A DNA stretch of 63,818 nucleotides, counting the filler, from Salisapilia sapeloensis CBS 127946 (lineage: Eukaryota > Protista > Oomycota), in NCBI GenBank assembly GCA_023334545.1. It is 9 parts of 9 records of this genome, joined end to end, with 100 filler letters (N's around TTAATTAATTAA, not from the genome) between each part and the next. Parts side by side here need not be neighbours in the genome. Positions count along the whole stretch, not along the records: positions 17,792 to 29,801 come from JAADVB010000421.1; positions 29,902 to 47,819 come from JAADVB010000329.1; 7 more parts are not named here. One strand, written 5' to 3'. The position numbers were made by a program, and so were the translations under genes. The notes beneath the pieces were generated by a model. The model saw nothing but the letters and a program-made list of their open reading frames with translations. It was not told where the DNA came from and made no database searches. Of the stretch, positions 24,830-35,691 are shown one piece after another; position 1 is the first letter of the stretch; the number at the start of each line of letters is the position of its first letter.

Positions 24830-26332
24830 ATGACGGACGTTGCAGTGCGGAGATACTTGACGGACGACGAATCGCACCCAGGCACTCGACGGCGGAACCG
24901 AATGGTGCTACCGCCCCACATTCATCCGAACGACGCGGTCTTTACAGCGACAAATCTACCTCAACCGCTTACATGGCAACATCCAGACCATACGACGCAC
25001 CGAAGACAGGTGCTTTCGCTCATTGGCGACGTCCTCGCCCATAATGCGCAGCTCGTGATGGGCGACTCGGACACGGACCACGCCAAGCTCTGGGCTTTAG
25101 CACGCAAGCTCGAGATGCTTTTGTTCCTACGATCAGCTTCGCTGTCGGAATACTGCAATGCAGATAGTCTAGCTCGTCGAGTACAGGCACTAACCGCCGG
25201 TATTGTTAACCGGAAGATTCGTCGTCGCACGCCCTCGACGGCCGTGGTGGGACCCGAGTTGGAAGACAAAGCAGCACCGGGTGATCGGCATTCGATCAAC
25301 TACATCGTGGATGAACATTCGCGACCACAAAAGAAGAGAAAAGTGGAAAAGCAGCAGACAAGAGTAGGAGAATTGATATTAGGAAGTCTAGCAGACGTGA
25401 ATGCCTTGATATGGGGGTACCTCCCGGGCGTGGAGGTCTTTCGATGCCGAGCGATAAACGTCCGAGCGTCCATCCTCTTGCCAAACTATGTCTTTTCGTT
25501 ACAGGTGAGCTGCAATGCCATCCAGCGAGCATTAAGCAGCCAAGCGCTTCGCCTGTGCACGAATCTGCGCAGTCTCGAGATCGTCTCGCTGTCGTCTGGC
25601 ATGGCCTTTGGCCACCGCTCGATGCGCGCGACGGACTGTCCGCAGCGGTTCGTCGTGACGCATGACGACCACGAAGAGATCGTCCTCCGCTTGTCGCGCG
25701 AGCTGCGGTCCAACAAGCTGGCGCACTTACGTCGTCTAGTCCTCACGTGTCTCTTTACGAACGAGCAGGCGAATGGTGAGGCGAATGTGCTGTTGGAAAG
25801 TCTCATGACGGGCGCATGTCCGCAGCTGCAGGAGCTGTGTCTTCCTGGCAACAGCTTTGGCGACTATGGCGCCGAGAAAGTGGCGCAGCTCCTTCGATCA
25901 GGTCAATGTCCAGAGCTCACGCGTCTGGACTTGCGACGGAACTTTATCGGGGAGCTCGGTATCCGTCGTGTGTGCCATGCACTCGAGGACGGATGCGCCG
26001 TGCAGCTCTCAGAGCTATGTCTCGGTGGTAATACCATGTCGGACAGTAGTTTCTATCACGTTTTGGACGCGATGGAGAGTCGACAGCTCCCGAAACTCCG
26101 GTTCTTGGGGATCGAGATGAACTACTTGACGGCCGACAGCATGCGCATGTTAGGGTGCACGATCGGGAAGCTCGTGTGTCCTCATTTGAGTCAGATTTCG
26201 TATAGCGAGAATAGTGTCGAAAACGGCGAAGCGAAGCGTTTGATTGCAACGAGTGTCTACAACGAACGCATTCGTCGCCAACGTCTCGCATCGAACGGCG
26301 AGTCGGACGACTCGTCGGAAGAAGACATCTAG
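24830..26332 (+). CDS. RNI-like leucine-rich repeat protein with N-terminal KIX-like helical domain
   Basis: C-terminal LxxLxLxxNxxGxxG repeats; N-terminal LARKLEMLLFLRSASLSEYCNADSLARRV resembles KIX_2. Confidence 0.75.
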   Translation: MTDVAVRRYLTDDESHPGTRRRNRMVLPPHIHPNDAVFTATNLPQPLTWQHPDHTTHRRQVLSLIGDVLAHNAQLVMGDSDTDHAKLWALARKLEMLLFLRSASLSEYCNADSLARRVQALTAGIVNRKIRRRTPSTAVVGPELEDKAAPGDRHSINYIVDEHSRPQKKRKVEKQQTRVGELILGSLADVNALIWGYLPGVEVFRCRAINVRASILLPNYVFSLQVSCNAIQRALSSQALRLCTNLRSLEIVSLSSGMAFGHRSMRATDCPQRFVVTHDDHEEIVLRLSRELRSNKLAHLRRLVLTCLFTNEQANGEANVLLESLMTGACPQLQELCLPGNSFGDYGAEKVAQLLRSGQCPELTRLDLRRNFIGELGIRRVCHALEDGCAVQLSELCLGGNTMSDSSFYHVLDAMESRQLPKLRFLGIEMNYLTADSMRMLGCTIGKLVCPHLSQISYSENSVENGEAKRLIATSVYNERIRRQRLASNGESDDSSEEDI

Positions 26333-27264
26333 TGCAGTATCCTAAGTTAATGGACCATTTGTTCAATCCAACGGTTGAAGCTTTCTTATGTGTGAAGTGG
26401 TCGCTGGCTTGTAATCAAACATCAGCGTGTCTTGCCAGCCGGAGTGTTTTCGGTGGCTAGAGACATGGAGACAGGAGGAAGCGCGACAAACCGAAATTTA
26501 AACTCTGATGGGAAATGGCTAGAAACAGGCTCTTTCATGTCTATCCAGATACCTTTTGGCGTCTTTTTCGTCGACAGGTGGTCGAATGGATGGCGCCAAG
26601 ACAAGGACATGTCCTTCCTAGTGCAGGTAGGGTTTCCCGTACTTCTTCGAAGGCACTAGTTTGGACTGATACCAGACGTGGACGACCAGCAGCTACATGT
26701 CGTCTCGACGTGTTCTGGTATTAATAAGCGCCATGCCAACCACAGAAGTTTGTAGCTGATGCGACGAAAAATTAAGATTGTATGGATATTATCCAAGTTT
26801 CCATTGATGGTACCACTATACCGAATGTGTATCTTGACTTGTTTTCGCGGTCTCTTTTCCTCTCCTCCGTCCTGACAGCTCGTCCCTGGCTTTTGTCGTA
26901 GAAACGAGACTTGGTGACTATGCGGGTGGATCAATTGGCGATAAATTTGAACACCTCCATGCTTCCAATCACTCCGTTTAGGTGCTGTAGGCGTCTGTTT
27001 CGTTCTCGCGTCCAATCATTTCAATGGAGTTTCTTATCCGTCTTCGCCGTATCGCTGCGTTGTCTACTAGGAGCGGCGTTACTATGGTCTTTCGGGGTAG
27101 AATCCACCCACCAAGTGCATCAGACGGCCTCGAAATTTTCTTATCTGTACGATTCCACGTGGATTTGATGCCTGGTCCGTATATCCCGCGCCAACACGAG
27201 ATGGATCAACACGATCGTGTTCATTGAAACGGTCAGACGGCCCGAGTGCTTCCGATTTCGTGCT

Positions 27265-27278
27265 TCATTTCCGTTTTT
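27265..27278 (+). promoter_or_regulatory. INR/FPR-like core promoter
   Basis: TCATTTCCGTTTTT fits YCATTYYNNNWTTY and ends 57 nt upstream of ATG 27335. Confidence 0.55.
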
Positions 27279-27334
27279 GCCGGTCACCTCGCAAGCCCTC
27301 CACGACTTCGACCTTTGACCGATCCATTGACACG

Positions 27335-29801
27335 ATGAGGGGAATCTCGCGTACTGCGGCCGTTACGACGGCCTTGGCAGCGCTTTCGCTCTCGAGTGTC
27401 CACGCCGCAGCGCCGTCTCAAGAAAACTTTAAGGCCTGCCCCATTCACTGGGAAACCAAGTACTGCTGTGACCTCAACGTCTACCAAGAAGCTGATACGA
27501 ACGAGGAGTACGGTACAATCAAGTACATCTTCCGAGAGTACGAGCGTCCGCATGGCGAAGGCAACAGCGGCGGCGACATTTCTGAAACGTACGAAGAAGG
27601 GTGGCTCAAGTCCCGTCAAATCAACTGGCCGTACAACCAGTACACAGTTACCACGGAAAGTTTCCACTGGCGAGCGGATGACTACTGCACGCTGTCCAAG
27701 GCTGGCGAGAATATGACCGGTGACTCGTTTGACTTTGAAATGAAGTGCACGACGGACCCCAAGGAAGCCAAGGACCTCGGCTTTGTCGCTGACAAGTACG
27801 TCAGCTTCCCGAAGAACCCGCGGAACAACATGGCTCGTTGCGCTGGTACATACACCAAGATCAACACGACGGAAGACGAAGCCGCATGTGCCTTTGAGGC
27901 CATCCCGGTGGACTACTACTTCACCACTGGTGGTGAAGCTGGTGCCATCGTCGTCTACGTCCTGTACGGAGCCTTCTTCGCGTTCCTAGCTGCTTGGCTC
28001 TTCTACAAGAAGGCGTATGAGGCGACGGTCCTCCGCAAGGAGCAAGGCCAGACCATGAACAACGACAAGAATGCCAACTTGATGGACGACCGAGGTGGAC
28101 CAGTCACGCCCGTTCCTGGCGACGATATTGGTAACCGCAAGTCGCAGGTGAGCATGCGCTCGACGGAAGTTAAGCTGCGTGAACAAACGAAAGACATCAA
28201 GCAGCTCGGATATCGCAACTCGTTCTTCGGCAACGCCCTGTTGGCGTGGTTTGGCGTCATGACGATCGGCGTTCACGTGCTCTTGATCATGATCATGCTT
28301 GACTACTATGGCGTGTACAGCCAGCCGCTGTTCGTCGCCGGCCAGCCGCTCCTGTCCGTCTTCATCGTCTTCTGGTGCATCATGCTCGTCTGGAGCATGG
28401 TTATCGTGTTGACGCAGAAGACGATTCGCAACTTCTTCCGTCTCCGCGCACCGTTGGAAAAGTCGGACTTTGTCCACTTGTTCAAGCCAGAGTACAGCGA
28501 GATCATGCTCAAGGACCGCATGAAGGTCGTGGACTTTGTCCAGAAGGTCGAGAAGAAGATCATGCCCAACTACCAGCCTGGTCACGAAAGCACGGTGCCG
28601 GTCCAAATTACGGAATCCGGCTCTCGCTTCATCGAGTTCCAGCACATTCGCTACAGCTTCCTCGACGAGTGGGCGCAGTTCGTCCCGTCGACCGTCGAGC
28701 TCGGCACGACGTTCAATGACATTTTGATCGAAGGCGAAGGTCTCTCGGAGCAGTCGCACAAGGCTCGTTTGAATCACATGGGTCCGAATGCGATTGACAT
28801 TGAGATGCCGACGATGCTCCAGTCGCTCCGTATCGAGTTCTTCAACTTCTTCTACATCTACCAAATGGTCTGCTACTACGTCTGGTACTACTTTGACTTC
28901 TGGAAGCTCGCGATTGTCATGACGGGTGTCATTGGTATCTCTGCTATCATCAACATCTACACGACGCGTCAGATGCGTGCTTCGGTCGTCAAGATGTCTA
29001 AGTACGAGACGGATGTGCGTGTCAAGCGTTCGGGTCAGTGGAAGACTGTGAGCTCCCGTGACCTTGTTCCTGGCGACCTCGTTTCGGTTGAAGAGAACTG
29101 GACACTTCCGTGCGATATGGTTATCGTCGGTGGTGCCACTGTCTGTGATGAAAGTATGCTCACGGGTGAAGCGAACCCGGTGCAAAAGTTCCCGATCCCG
29201 CAGTCGGACCACGAGTACGACCCGATGGGCGGCGGAAAGAAGTACACACTCTTCTCCGGCACCAAGGTCTTGTCCTCTGGCCGTAACGAAGAGATCTACG
29301 CTGTCGTCCAGACCACTGGTGCCCACACGTCCAAGGGTTTGCTCATCCAGAACATCCTCTTCCCGGTCCTCATGCGCTTTAAGTACGACGAGCACCTCAA
29401 GGTCATTATCGCCCTGCTCCTCGTCTACGCTATCATTGCCGTCATCCTCGTCGTCAAGTTCCTTTCCAGCAACGGATCTCTCTCCAACCGTCTCAACGCC
29501 TGGTGTTACGCTATCTTCATGATTTCGTGCATCATCTCGCCTTTGCTTCCGTGTGTCGTGACGGTCGGTCAGGTCATGGCTGCCAAGCGTCTCGAAAAGC
29601 TCGGCGTCTTCTCTCTGAACACGAACCGTATTACGCTCACGGGTAAGATCCGTGTCTTCTGCTTCGACAAGACTGGTACGCTGACCAAGGAAGGTCTCGA
29701 CTTCCTCGGTTTCAAGCCGATTCAGTCGGAGAACCAGCAGTTCCTCGACATGGTCCCTGGCATCGACCTCAACAAGATGGACAAGATGTCGACCTTTGCC
29801 C
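27335..29801 (+). CDS. P5-type (ATP13A-like) cation-transporting ATPase, 3'-truncated by gap
   Basis: LVPGD, CDESMLTGE, phosphorylation motif CFDKTGTLT, ISPLLP in TM4; N-terminal signal peptide. Confidence 0.93.
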
Positions 29802-29901
29802 NNNNNNNNNNNNNNNNNNNNNNNNNNNNNNNNNNNNNNNNNNNNTTAATTAATTAANNNNNNNNNNNNNNNNNNNNNNNNNNNNNNNNNNNNNNNNNNN
29901 N

Positions 29902-30052
29902 CTACGCGAACCTAGCGGCCGCACGCGCGCGCTTCTTCATCAACGAAATGTCGGACGGAGCGTCGACCATCGGCTCCGGCTCCATCGACCCATCCAACTT
30001 TGAGTTCAGCGGACTCCATCAAGACCTCAAGAACTGCATGTTTTTTATTTAA
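29902..30052 (+). CDS. AGO: Argonaute C-terminus (end of PIWI domain), partial
   Basis: Not in the ORF track. Translates YANLAAARARFFINEMSDGASTIGSGSIDPSNFEFSGLHQDLKNCMFFI*, matching the Y(Y)AHLAAxRAR...MF(F/Y)x* end of Argonautes. Confidence 0.8.
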
Positions 30053-30324
30053 TCGGAAGCAAGTGCAAGTCGTACGTTTACAAGTTGAAACGGCATAAAT
30101 ACAAATCAAAAAGAGTTCATCGAAAGTTGTATTGGTTTTTCTGTTCGTTAGCGTTGCACCGGTCCGTTGGCAAAACACAAGTGTCGAATGGCACAAGACA
30201 CTTTCCACAAACAACTTGTGCGCAATGGACAGAGGTTGGAAAAGATGAAAACGATGGCGAGAGACACACGTCCGTCCTACTTCCTCTGGTATCCGGACGT
30301 TCCACACCTCGCATCAATTTGTAC

Positions 30325-33300
30325 TTAGACGCCATAGCTGCGCTGGTAGGAATTCTGTTGACCAGGAACGTATGGTGCTGGCGCCTGCACAGCTCCACCT
30401 TCCTCCGCAGACAGCGCAAACGTCTCGCTCACGGCCAAAAGCGAATCGTTGTACAGACGCATGGTCGTCTCGAGGTCCTCCTGGCACTGCATCGCACGTG
30501 GAATCAAGTCGACGTTGGCGAACGGGTTGTCCAGGTTGGCCGAGATCTGCAGCCTCGGCAGCAACTGCACGCACACCTTGAGGTGGTGCTGGACAGACGG
30601 GTCGCGGCGCAAATCTCCTCGAGCATTACGAATCGCCTGATCCAGCATGTTCACAGCTTGTTCCGTCTGTCCGAGCTCATCCTCGTCCAAAGGCGTGGGC
30701 AGCTCCGTAGGTAGACGAGCTTGCTCTCTCGCAGCCAGACCCTCCGCACCTCCAGCATCGACTCGCAAGGCACTATTAAAGGAGCTGTTTCCGTCAGCCA
30801 CGGCACCCGTGGAAGTGCCAGTCATAAGCTGACGACGGTACTGCTCCACCTGTCGAGAGACGTTGAGGAAGCGGTCGAGCTCCGGTACAGTCAGCGTCTC
30901 CGGCAGTCGAGCGCACAGATCGAGCACCTGACTAATGTAGTTCTCGAGTCCACGCTTGCGCTCTAGGACGATCTCGCTCGAGTTACCTTTCTTGCCTCCA
31001 AACATACCACCCAGTCGGTGCTTTCGTGGGAACGTCGGGAGAGCCGCGACGGTCGGAGGCACCTTGTGGCGCAGATCCTTGTGCAGCCTCTCAAAGACGC
31101 TGAAGCGATGCGACACGAGCCACGTCGCGGGCTCCGACTGGCCGTCCTTTGGCTGCCACTGACACTTGAGCACGTACACCGTGTACTCGGCATAGTTATC
31201 GTCCTGCAGCACTTGCGTCCGGTGCATGCTGCACTGGAAAAAGCCGTCGTGGATCAGAATGTTTGAGCCCTCCATCGAGAACGACCCGAGCGGCTCTTCC
31301 AGCGTCGACAGACCAGGCTGCTGCGTCGAAGCACGTCGACGCGTACCCGGCTCGTCGCTCGTCGTGAGGAGCGAGCCGCACTCTTCGCAGTGGTTGCCGT
31401 TCGCCGTGTTATTGTTCGCACCGCAGGCAGGGCATCGAATCTGGACGCCATATAGACCTTCAGCGTACAGTCGATGGAGCGACTCTTCCTGCTCAGCCGT
31501 CAACGCCGCGCCGGCGCCTACCTCTCCTTCACTCGGTGTCTCGAGCAAGAACGGCACGAGGTCGTCGTATTCTTGCTGGGAGATAGCACCGCTGAGCAGG
31601 AGCTCGTTGAGCTGCTCCAGCTGCTCCTTGTTCTCCTGCGAAATCTCATCCGGCACCTGCGCAACGTACACCTGTCCCGTCGCGCCGTGCATCGTGTTCA
31701 CCTGCGCCAGTCCGCTCAGCAGGCTCTCGCTCACACTCGCTGCCTCGCGCATCGCCTCTTCCCGACGCGTCTCGGCCTCCTGCCGCTCTCGCTCGAGTCG
31801 CGCCTCCAACTCCTGCGCCTCGGCCTCGGCACGCATCTCAGCCTGTCGCTCGTGCTCGACGGCAGCAGAAGCTTCTGCGGCGGCTTCCTCCGCCTCCTTC
31901 ACGGCGCGAGCGGCGTCCTGCGCCAGCTTCGTCGCCTCCTCTTCGGCGCGCGCAGCCTCTTCCTCCATGCGCCTCCTGTCCTCCTCGGCCTCAGCTCTCG
32001 CCATGCTTTCACGACGCGCCTGCTCCGCCGCCTGTCGCGCCTCCTCCTCCTTGCGCTTGGCTTCTTCCGCCTGACGTCTCGTCTCCTCCGCTCTCGCCGC
32101 CGCGAGCGCTAGCATCTCCTGCTTCCTGCTCTTGAACTGCGTGCGAGCCGTGTGGCCTCGGAAGAGCGCCTGCACCACGACCGCCGCCGACCGCTGCTTC
32201 TTAAACTGTCGCGAGAGCGAGCGACTGCGCCACCACTGCTGGATGCGCACAACCGAGTTGCTGCGGAACTGAATACGACGCAAGAGCGTTCTGAAGTTGT
32301 TCTGCGCAAGCACCTTGGCGAGTCCAACACGCCAGCGTCGGCGAGCGAGCCAGAGCTTCATTCTCGCGACGATACGCGGTCCATCCTGCTGCCAGTTGAT
32401 CTTGAGGATCGAGTCGAGGAGCGAGATCTTGCCGGCCTTAAAGAACAGACGCGTGATACCGAGCTTGTAGGCATCCATGGGCACTTGGAAGGCCCATAGG
32501 ATGGCAGAGATCAACGTCTGGTCACTCTGGTTGGCAAACAAACGCTGAGCGTCGGGAGGCATGTACTTCTGGTAGGCACCCACGAGCTCTCCGTATGCCA
32601 CGCGCGTCGGCAGTCCGACCTTGAGCACTTGAGCAGTCTGCATGATACCTTGGCATCGCAGCTGTCCGACGACATAGCGCTGGTCAAAGGAGCCGACCTT
32701 CATGAGCGCATTGGGCTTGATGCAGCGGATGAAGTTGCACCTAGTCGAGTCCAAAGTATCCACGAGCTCCTGCATCTGTCGAGAGAACTTGGCCGCAACG
32801 CTGCGCTGGATCTTCTTCTTCCCAGGCTTGGCCTGTGCGTTCGCTTCGTCGGCAAAGAACTTGCTCGCGAGCTGATTCGATGACTTGGCAAAGAGATCCA
32901 TCATGTCCTGCGGGATCGAGTCGTTGTTCTTGTCGATGAACGAGCCGACCGTGTACGACACGTAGCCGGCAAAGTGCTTGACGATGAACTGCTGCTGCAT
33001 GTCCTTTGGGTGCGGACGAGGAAAGTACGGGTTCTTCCCATGCTTCCGGTGGAGCGTCGCGAGGAACTTGTCGTCACTCGGCTTCGGGTTCATCGCCTCG
33101 GCGTCCAAGAGACTCAAAATGCCGTCCGGCTTGCTCGCAATCAGCTCGACGCACTCGCGATTGTCCGGCCACTGGATCTTGCCGACGCTAATGCCTTCCT
33201 TCTTGTACAGCTCCATCTCGGCGATAAAGACCTGGTTGTTAAACGTCGCCTGCAGCACTTCGTTCGTGTAGTTGATTAAGAGCTGCTCGTAGTCGTTCCG

Positions 33301-34716
33301 CTGGAAGGACTCAAAGCCAAAGATGTCCAGAACACCAATGTACGGCAGCGGATTCGGGTCATGCCCGAGCGCAGTGTTCACCTGCGCGATGACCCAGTCG
33401 AAGAGACGTCCGTACACGGCCTTGGCAATCGCGTCTCGAGCGTACGTCGCGTTCTGGACCGACCGACGCACCGTGAACGTCTCGTCTCGCGTCACGATAT
33501 CCCGCTCTAGAATCACCTTCTTCAGCCCTTGCTCCGTCAGCCCTAGGAGCGTCGCTGTCATGCTCAACGCCTCCTTAGCAGCAGGGTCCTGTACCGCAGC
33601 AGCTTCGCCCTCCGCTGTGTCCTCCTCGTCGAACTCAATGTTCCCCATGTGGAGCAGACCAGCGATGACGCTAAAGACGACCTTTTGCAAGTCGTCATGC
33701 ACGCCGACGCACGAGAGACCCTTGACGACTGCATCGTAGCAAGCCCTGTCGTCCGTGTCTTCCGCCACGAAGCAGTTGCTCTGGTTCAAGTAGCTAAAGT
33801 CCTCTGGACTCGTCAGCCGGAACTCGCGGCGAGTCTCGTCCGATGCACCCGTCAGGAGCTGGTAGAAAATGTGAAAGTTGCGCTCGCCGTCGACTTGATG
33901 GACGAGACGAGACTTTTCCAAGAGGTACGTCTCGACGAGTGCACCCGCGAGCTTAAAGTCTCCATCGTCCGAGAACTGGAGCTTCATGAACTTCCCGAAG
34001 CGACTCGAGTTGTGGTTCCGAAGCGTCTTGGCATTGCCAAAGGCTTCGAGGATCGGATTCTGCTCAATTAAACGAGCATCGAGGGAATCCGGATCTTCCT
34101 TGTGCTCCTTGGCCAGACGCTCAATGTCATCCGGACTCGTCCGCTTCCCGTACAGTCCACGCGTCGTTAGATGCTTCAAGACGATCTTGGACGACTCGGT
34201 CTTGCCGGCGCCAGACTCGCCCGAGATCACGACCGACTGGTTCGTCGCCATCTCGGTGCTGCCAGAGTTATAAGCCATTTGCTGGTACGCCATCTCGGCA
34301 ATACTAAACGGATGTGGCTCGTCGTTCGGATTCCGGACGATCTGGCTGACTCTAGGCATCGCGACCGGACGCAGCGGATTCACCGCGATCAAGACGTTCG
34401 CCATAAACGTATACGGTCGCTGATCCTCGAGCTTGGCACGCTCACTCAAGTTCTGCAAAACGCCCGGCTCGTGGATAAAGTAGAGCGCCGTCATGTCGTC
34501 CGTCACGCGCGGATTCAGCGGCAGTGCATTCGCTCGATTCACTTGCTGGACTTTCCCGGCTTGCGTCCGGACGGTGACTTTGAGGCCGCCGATCGCCATG
34601 ACCTTGGCCGTGTCCCAGACTTTGTCCTGCCCTGGCACCCAGATCGTGTCTCCGACATTGACCGGGAAGACTTCTGCCGCTTCCTCCGCCTCCTTGGTCT
34701 CCTCAGCACTGCTCAT
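30325..34716 (-). CDS. Unconventional myosin: SH3-like, motor, IQ, charged helix, SHOCT, Zn ribbon, PX, GAT-like tail
   Basis: GESGAGKT, NSSRFGKF, DIFGFE, FIRCIKPN; IQ motifs; LLLSGAISQQEY; CPACG..CEECG; PX (HRFSVFERLH, ERKRGLENYI). Intronless; likely start MSSAEE at 34716. Confidence 0.93.
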   Translation of the reverse strand: MSSAEETKEAEEAAEVFPVNVGDTIWVPGQDKVWDTAKVMAIGGLKVTVRTQAGKVQQVNRANALPLNPRVTDDMTALYFIHEPGVLQNLSERAKLEDQRPYTFMANVLIAVNPLRPVAMPRVSQIVRNPNDEPHPFSIAEMAYQQMAYNSGSTEMATNQSVVISGESGAGKTESSKIVLKHLTTRGLYGKRTSPDDIERLAKEHKEDPDSLDARLIEQNPILEAFGNAKTLRNHNSSRFGKFMKLQFSDDGDFKLAGALVETYLLEKSRLVHQVDGERNFHIFYQLLTGASDETRREFRLTSPEDFSYLNQSNCFVAEDTDDRACYDAVVKGLSCVGVHDDLQKVVFSVIAGLLHMGNIEFDEEDTAEGEAAAVQDPAAKEALSMTATLLGLTEQGLKKVILERDIVTRDETFTVRRSVQNATYARDAIAKAVYGRLFDWVIAQVNTALGHDPNPLPYIGVLDIFGFESFQRNDYEQLLINYTNEVLQATFNNQVFIAEMELYKKEGISVGKIQWPDNRECVELIASKPDGILSLLDAEAMNPKPSDDKFLATLHRKHGKNPYFPRPHPKDMQQQFIVKHFAGYVSYTVGSFIDKNNDSIPQDMMDLFAKSSNQLASKFFADEANAQAKPGKKKIQRSVAAKFSRQMQELVDTLDSTRCNFIRCIKPNALMKVGSFDQRYVVGQLRCQGIMQTAQVLKVGLPTRVAYGELVGAYQKYMPPDAQRLFANQSDQTLISAILWAFQVPMDAYKLGITRLFFKAGKISLLDSILKINWQQDGPRIVARMKLWLARRRWRVGLAKVLAQNNFRTLLRRIQFRSNSVVRIQQWWRSRSLSRQFKKQRSAAVVVQALFRGHTARTQFKSRKQEMLALAAARAEETRRQAEEAKRKEEEARQAAEQARRESMARAEAEEDRRRMEEEAARAEEEATKLAQDAARAVKEAEEAAAEASAAVEHERQAEMRAEAEAQELEARLERERQEAETRREEAMREAASVSESLLSGLAQVNTMHGATGQVYVAQVPDEISQENKEQLEQLNELLLSGAISQQEYDDLVPFLLETPSEGEVGAGAALTAEQEESLHRLYAEGLYGVQIRCPACGANNNTANGNHCEECGSLLTTSDEPGTRRRASTQQPGLSTLEEPLGSFSMEGSNILIHDGFFQCSMHRTQVLQDDNYAEYTVYVLKCQWQPKDGQSEPATWLVSHRFSVFERLHKDLRHKVPPTVAALPTFPRKHRLGGMFGGKKGNSSEIVLERKRGLENYISQVLDLCARLPETLTVPELDRFLNVSRQVEQYRRQLMTGTSTGAVADGNSSFNSALRVDAGGAEGLAAREQARLPTELPTPLDEDELGQTEQAVNMLDQAIRNARGDLRRDPSVQHHLKVCVQLLPRLQISANLDNPFANVDLIPRAMQCQEDLETTMRLYNDSLLAVSETFALSAEEGGAVQAPAPYVPGQQNSYQRSYGV

Positions 34717-34854
34717 TCCGATCGTATACGAAAGAAAAGAAAAAATGGATCCGGGGGAGACCACCGCGTCTACCGCGACAAACGACGTACAACAGACACG
34801 CACTGGCTTTCTTTCGCTTTCTTTCGATTTATTACCTCTTTCTTACCTACGGCT

Positions 34855-35602
34855 CTACGGCGCCTGGAACCGAGCGGCGCGCTGCTGTCGCTTCTCCTCC
34901 AGCTACCGATAGGATGAGAATAATAGACGATAGAACGAGAGATACAGATGCTACGCACGATTTCAGGCGTCTCGAGATTAAATCGCTTCGCGCGTTCCAT
35001 ACGTCGCTTCTTCTCGGCGTTTAGACCAAAGCGCTCGGCTCGAGCACGTTTCTTCTCTTCCAACTAGCACAAGCGTTAGATACATCGTCCGATCGACAGA
35101 TAGGAGATACACTTACGGTCTCGGACGTCTCGAGCTTAAACCTCTTGGCGCGCTCGAGCTTTTTCTCCTGCTCTGCTGATGGATCCGGAAGGTTAAACCT
35201 CTTAGCACGCTCTGCCTTCTTATCGTCCATCGACTTGGGCGCCTCCACCTTTTTCGCATCCGGCGTCGGCTCCTCAGCCTGCGGCGCTTCCTCCTCCGCC
35301 TGCGGCGCCTCCTTCTCCACCGGTTCCACAACCTCCTTCTTTTCCTCCACCACTTCCTTCACTGGCTCCGGGGACTTTTCCACCGGCGCCACTTGCGTCA
35401 CCTCGTCGGTCACCTCGACTTTCGTCGCATCCTCCGCTGGCGGCGCAAGAGCTTCGAGCTGCTGTGCTTCATTGCCGAACTCCTCTTCATCCAGCGCCAT
35501 CTCAAGCCTCTGTATGAGCTCAGTCTTGAGTCCATTCGAGCTCAAGTTACGCGACTCGAGCTCCGCCCGGAGCTCGCTCACCTTCATCTTCTTCGGATTC
35601 AT
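34855..35602 (-). CDS. SARNP: SAP domain ribonucleoprotein (SARNP/CIP29/Tho1-like), three exons
   Basis: [33 protein letters not shown] motif; repeated ERAKRF/RAERFG Tho1/MOS11 C-terminal motifs. Confidence 0.88.
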
Positions 35603-35691
35603 ATTCGAAATAAACAACAAGAAGAAGCAAAAAACACAAATCCAACCACACGTCTCGGTCCATGCCAACCACTTGCCCTTGTTCCGAAATA

